DNA from: Desulfomonilia bacterium
GTDB lineage: Bacteria > Desulfobacterota > Desulfomonilia > UBA1062
Length of the DNA: 64,000 nt
Assembly: GCA_050014195.1 (NCBI GenBank)
Contig: JBEKDT010000001.1
Span: 426,296 to 490,295, forward strand
Direction of reading: 5' to 3'
The stretch's first letter is position 1, and every line of letters starts with the position of its first letter. Positions 60,991 through 64,000 of this stretch are shown in pieces. The notes under the pieces were generated by a model. The model was not told the origin of the DNA and ran no database searches. It saw only the letters and a program-made list of their open reading frames with translations. The position numbers and the translations under genes were made by a program.

Positions 60991-61068
60991 ATATAACCCC
61001 CTTTTTGTTGTTGTTTCTCTAAATATGAAAAAGGGGAAAATAAGGGGGGATGCTTTTTTTATTCGGAT

Positions 61069-62112
61069 CTATGATTCGTCTATTTGAGCTAATTCCGATA
61101 AATAGCCTTGGAGTGAATCTTTACGATATTCTTCATGCATTGACGTTCCTTGCCTCATGCCTATTTTATCTTGATTTACATATCCCAAAACATCAGGACA
61201 TAGATCACGGCAATACAGTCTTACTTCACATGTGTTACAGTGACGTTTTAAGTATTCTTTTTTAATCTCAGGTTGCAGGTAGGTTGCTGAGTTATATTTT
61301 TCACCATAAATAAGTTCATAAGCACGGTAAAATTGCTTTCTTGCTGTGGCCGCTGCAATGCCTGTAATAGATTTAATCCCAGTATACGGTATCCTCTCTG
61401 CACGAAGATCCCATATGATTATGTGAGATTTCCATTTCTCAGGGGCTTGCTTTGAATCACCTCGGTTTGTTTTTGGCCTTACATGTCTTTTCAATAGTTT
61501 TTCAAAATTCGCTCTTAGATCATCACGTGTGGCAGTCAGAGAAATACCAATAAACAAAGTCTGTTGTTCTTTTTCCCTTGGTTCACTTGAACGAGGATCA
61601 GGTGCGAGAATGTCATGAACAAAGTCATACATTGCATATTCTGGATCATGAGAGTGCCAAATTTGATCATACAAAATTTTCTTTACTTTCCAAGTGTTTT
61701 TAATTGCTCGTTCAAGTTCAAAGCTAGTCAATGCCTTTATAGGTGAAACAGGCCTTCTAGTAGTTAAAGGTTTTGCTTGATCCGGAAATTTAATATATTT
61801 TAGTTTTGGGTCTGGAATGTTTAATCCATATTCTTTTGCTTTATAAAATGGCTTTATCTGAAATATTTCTTCAACATAGTAGCATTGACTCAGCGGACAT
61901 TTCATTGGGCCTTGCGATTTGACTTTACATGAAAAGCAATCCAGGTTTTTACACGTATCCTCGGCATTTATTTGTAACTGTAACATTTCATCATATGCTT
62001 GTCGATAACCCTCATTTCTCCGTGTAATTTCCCAATGCCAACCATCAGCATCAAGGTTTTCCAAGTAGTCATAATCAGATAGGTTGATTTGGACTGATGG
62101 TTTATACTTCAA
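61069..62112 (-). CDS. DUF6499-like putative transcriptional regulator
   Basis: N-terminal GWHWEITRRNEGY resembling AWEFLRRN; C-terminal HTH-like segment; Cys clusters. Confidence 0.65.
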   Translation of the reverse strand: MKYKPSVQINLSDYDYLENLDADGWHWEITRRNEGYRQAYDEMLQLQINAEDTCKNLDCFSCKVKSQGPMKCPLSQCYYVEEIFQIKPFYKAKEYGLNIPDPKLKYIKFPDQAKPLTTRRPVSPIKALTSFELERAIKNTWKVKKILYDQIWHSHDPEYAMYDFVHDILAPDPRSSEPREKEQQTLFIGISLTATRDDLRANFEKLLKRHVRPKTNRGDSKQAPEKWKSHIIIWDLRAERIPYTGIKSITGIAAATARKQFYRAYELIYGEKYNSATYLQPEIKKEYLKRHCNTCEVRLYCRDLCPDVLGYVNQDKIGMRQGTSMHEEYRKDSLQGYLSELAQIDES

Positions 62113-62145
62113 TCCCTGCCCTCACAAGGTCCCCCAAAAGTATAT

Positions 62146-62206
62146 CAGGGGAAGCGGTTGAGGGTTCCGTTTTCAACCCGGTTCATGACACCGAGTCTAT
62201 CCCCTG
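62146..62206. ncRNA. Three-stem structured leader or antisense-type RNA
   Basis: CAGGGGA/TCCCCTG outer stem enclosing two hairpins, upstream of the DUF6499-like gene. Confidence 0.55.
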
Positions 62207-62290
62207 CCATTACTTACCAATAATTATTATTTCATGGATAAATCCCTCTTGTGTGTGTGTTCATTGAACCCCCATATTTCTCATTTATCC

Positions 62291-62725
62291 TTACAAGTCC
62301 TCTTCAAGGTCGATAACCTTGATAGAATCTATGCCTAGATGCTTAAATGCCAGTTCTGCGGCTTGTTCTAGATAAACGTCATTATTTTGCTGATAGATGT
62401 TTTGAACAAATATACTCTGTGTATATGAGGCTAGAGCCCCGATGCTTTCCAGTATCTTGGCTGAGTATTTGAGCTTGAGCGGCCTGTCATCTTTCTCTTT
62501 TGAATTGATTATCTCCTTTATATTAACAAGGGCCTGCTCTGCACATTCGACAATAGTTCGTTCCCGGATTGTCTCTATAAGGACTTTTATATCAGGTTTT
62601 CTTGTGATCTGATCAACACGCTGTTGAGAAATGCCATATTCCTGTGCTACCTGTGTCTGTGAGCATCCAGAGGCAACCTTTACAGCGATATCTCTATTTC
62701 TTTCCCTGGATAGTTGCCTTTCCAT
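62291..62725 (-). CDS. HTH protein, possibly small-terminase-like
   Basis: SQTQVAQEYGISQQRVDQI followed by a helical region. Confidence 0.65.
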   Translation of the reverse strand: MERQLSRERNRDIAVKVASGCSQTQVAQEYGISQQRVDQITRKPDIKVLIETIRERTIVECAEQALVNIKEIINSKEKDDRPLKLKYSAKILESIGALASYTQSIFVQNIYQQNNDVYLEQAAELAFKHLGIDSIKVIDLEEDL

Positions 62726-63001
62726 GCTTTTAATATAGCATATATCACAAGGCTTTTACAAGACACCGCGCCATTCGTTTCTAACTGAATAATCCCTTTC
62801 TATGGCACATTGCATAGAGTTATTTTCAAGATCATCAGCTTATCCAAATCTTTTGAGAGCGACTATTTATCGCAGTAATCTCTGATTATGCCTGAGTGAG
62901 GTGAACCTATAGGAATCTATGCTGTGACTTTTTTTCCGCTAGTAATGATCTCCTTATCTCCTTAAACAGTTCTCAATTTCTAAATTATTTATGATTAAAC
63001 C

Positions 63002-63853
63002 TTAAAATAAACTGATTTGAGCATCATCTCCCTTTTTTCTTTTCATTTTCATGGGATTTTTCTTTAAGAGTTCTTCAACTAGTTCATTAAGTTTATGGAG
63101 TTTTTCTACTACAATCTCCCTAGACTCTGTACGCATTTTGCCGGTTAACCCCTTCATTTTTGTTGAATATAGCGAGAGAAGATCGTGACACTCAATGGCG
63201 ATGTTACTTATTTTTTTATGTACTATGTTTTCAGAATTGTAAGTGGGAATATTGCATGCTTCAAATGGGCGGCGATGAATATCACGTTCGCCTTTCAACC
63301 CATGTGTTTGTAGAGGCTTTATAGAATTATTTACTACATTAGAATTAAGTATACCTACTAGATAATGAGCTTCCTCCAGTGATTCAGTTGCATACCAATA
63401 GCATTTTGAATCAACTACAAAACCTTGTATAGGAATACCATTGATATCGTTTATTCTAGTTGTATCAAGAACAGCAGCTGATAAGTTTTTCCCAGATTGG
63501 TTATATAAAACATAATAATGTGTTTTAACAGGTTGTTTAGTCAATAGACTATCGTAGTTTAATCTTTGGTAAATCGTATAATCGTCTTTATTTCGATACT
63601 TATCCCATGTCTCTTCAGCAAGTTTGAACCAATCATATGCTTTTGTAAACCCAGTTGCTAAAGCTTCGTCTGAATCAATCATTTTCGTTTTTTCGTCTTG
63701 TGTTATTCTTATTGGCAGAACAACAAGACTATATTGCTTTATTGCAAAGGGCAAAACATCTTTCGCCAAAAGTGTACCAAAAAGAAAATCGTTTTCAATT
63801 TGGCCTTTAAACTTCATTGTCCATGGTTTTTTAGCATTAGCGTGAGCTTCCAT
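63002..63853 (-). pseudogene. C-terminal (target-recognition) part of a Type IIG/Eco57I-like RM enzyme; frame blocked upstream
   Basis: VLYNQSG, FVVDSKCY, EAHYLVGILNS pattern; in-frame TAA near 63903 separates it from any methyltransferase domain. Confidence 0.6.
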
Positions 63854-64000
63854 TGAAGTGCATAAATATGGACTAGTTAGTGCCCATCCGGAAACCCTTG
63901 TTTACAAAGAGCCAACGCTCTGAAAACGGGTCGAATTATCCCCTTCTTTGCCTTTAATATGTCCGATATACGCTCAGAAGGGAAGATATCTCCATTTTTG

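Larger units (their letters stand above)
57855..64000. mobile_element. Integrative element / phage satellite-like island at tRNA-Lys (right end outside window)
   Basis: Integrase, excisionase-like HTH, rep-like gene with iterons, visibly lower GC, RM-type cargo; no capsid or tail genes seen. Confidence 0.85.

Overview
Bacterial chromosome window whose gene set and order suggest an anaerobic Gram-negative deltaproteobacterium (Desulfobacterota/Syntrophales-like); this is inference only. The backbone carries thrC (partial), purC, purH-purD-purE-tsaC, kdsA-kdsC-lptCAB-rpoN-hpf, a 2-oxoacid:ferredoxin oxidoreductase, recD2, queD-folE2, phoH-ybeY and five tRNAs. Accessory segments are: an AT-richer sigma54 regulatory island (29-33 kb); a Nramp/MgtE metal-transport locus; a repeat-rich island (40-49 kb) with an Xre-IrrE/PIN/ERCC4 operon, an Mrr nuclease, two MITE copies and gene remnants; and the left part of a tyrosine-integrase element at tRNA-Lys (57.9 kb to the window end). 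The strongest unexplained signal is a 40-bp tandem enhancer-like motif found three times, each in helical phase upstream of a non-canonical sigma54 promoter. Two of these promoters precede paralogous unknown small proteins, and one of those two also precedes a sigma70-family gene and the probable activator. Other leads are an unannotated ~210-nt structured RNA with a sigma28-like promoter and terminator, the IrrE-PIN-ERCC4 operon, and iterons, arm-like sites and a structured leader in the integrated element. All calls come from reading the sequence; no database searches were run.
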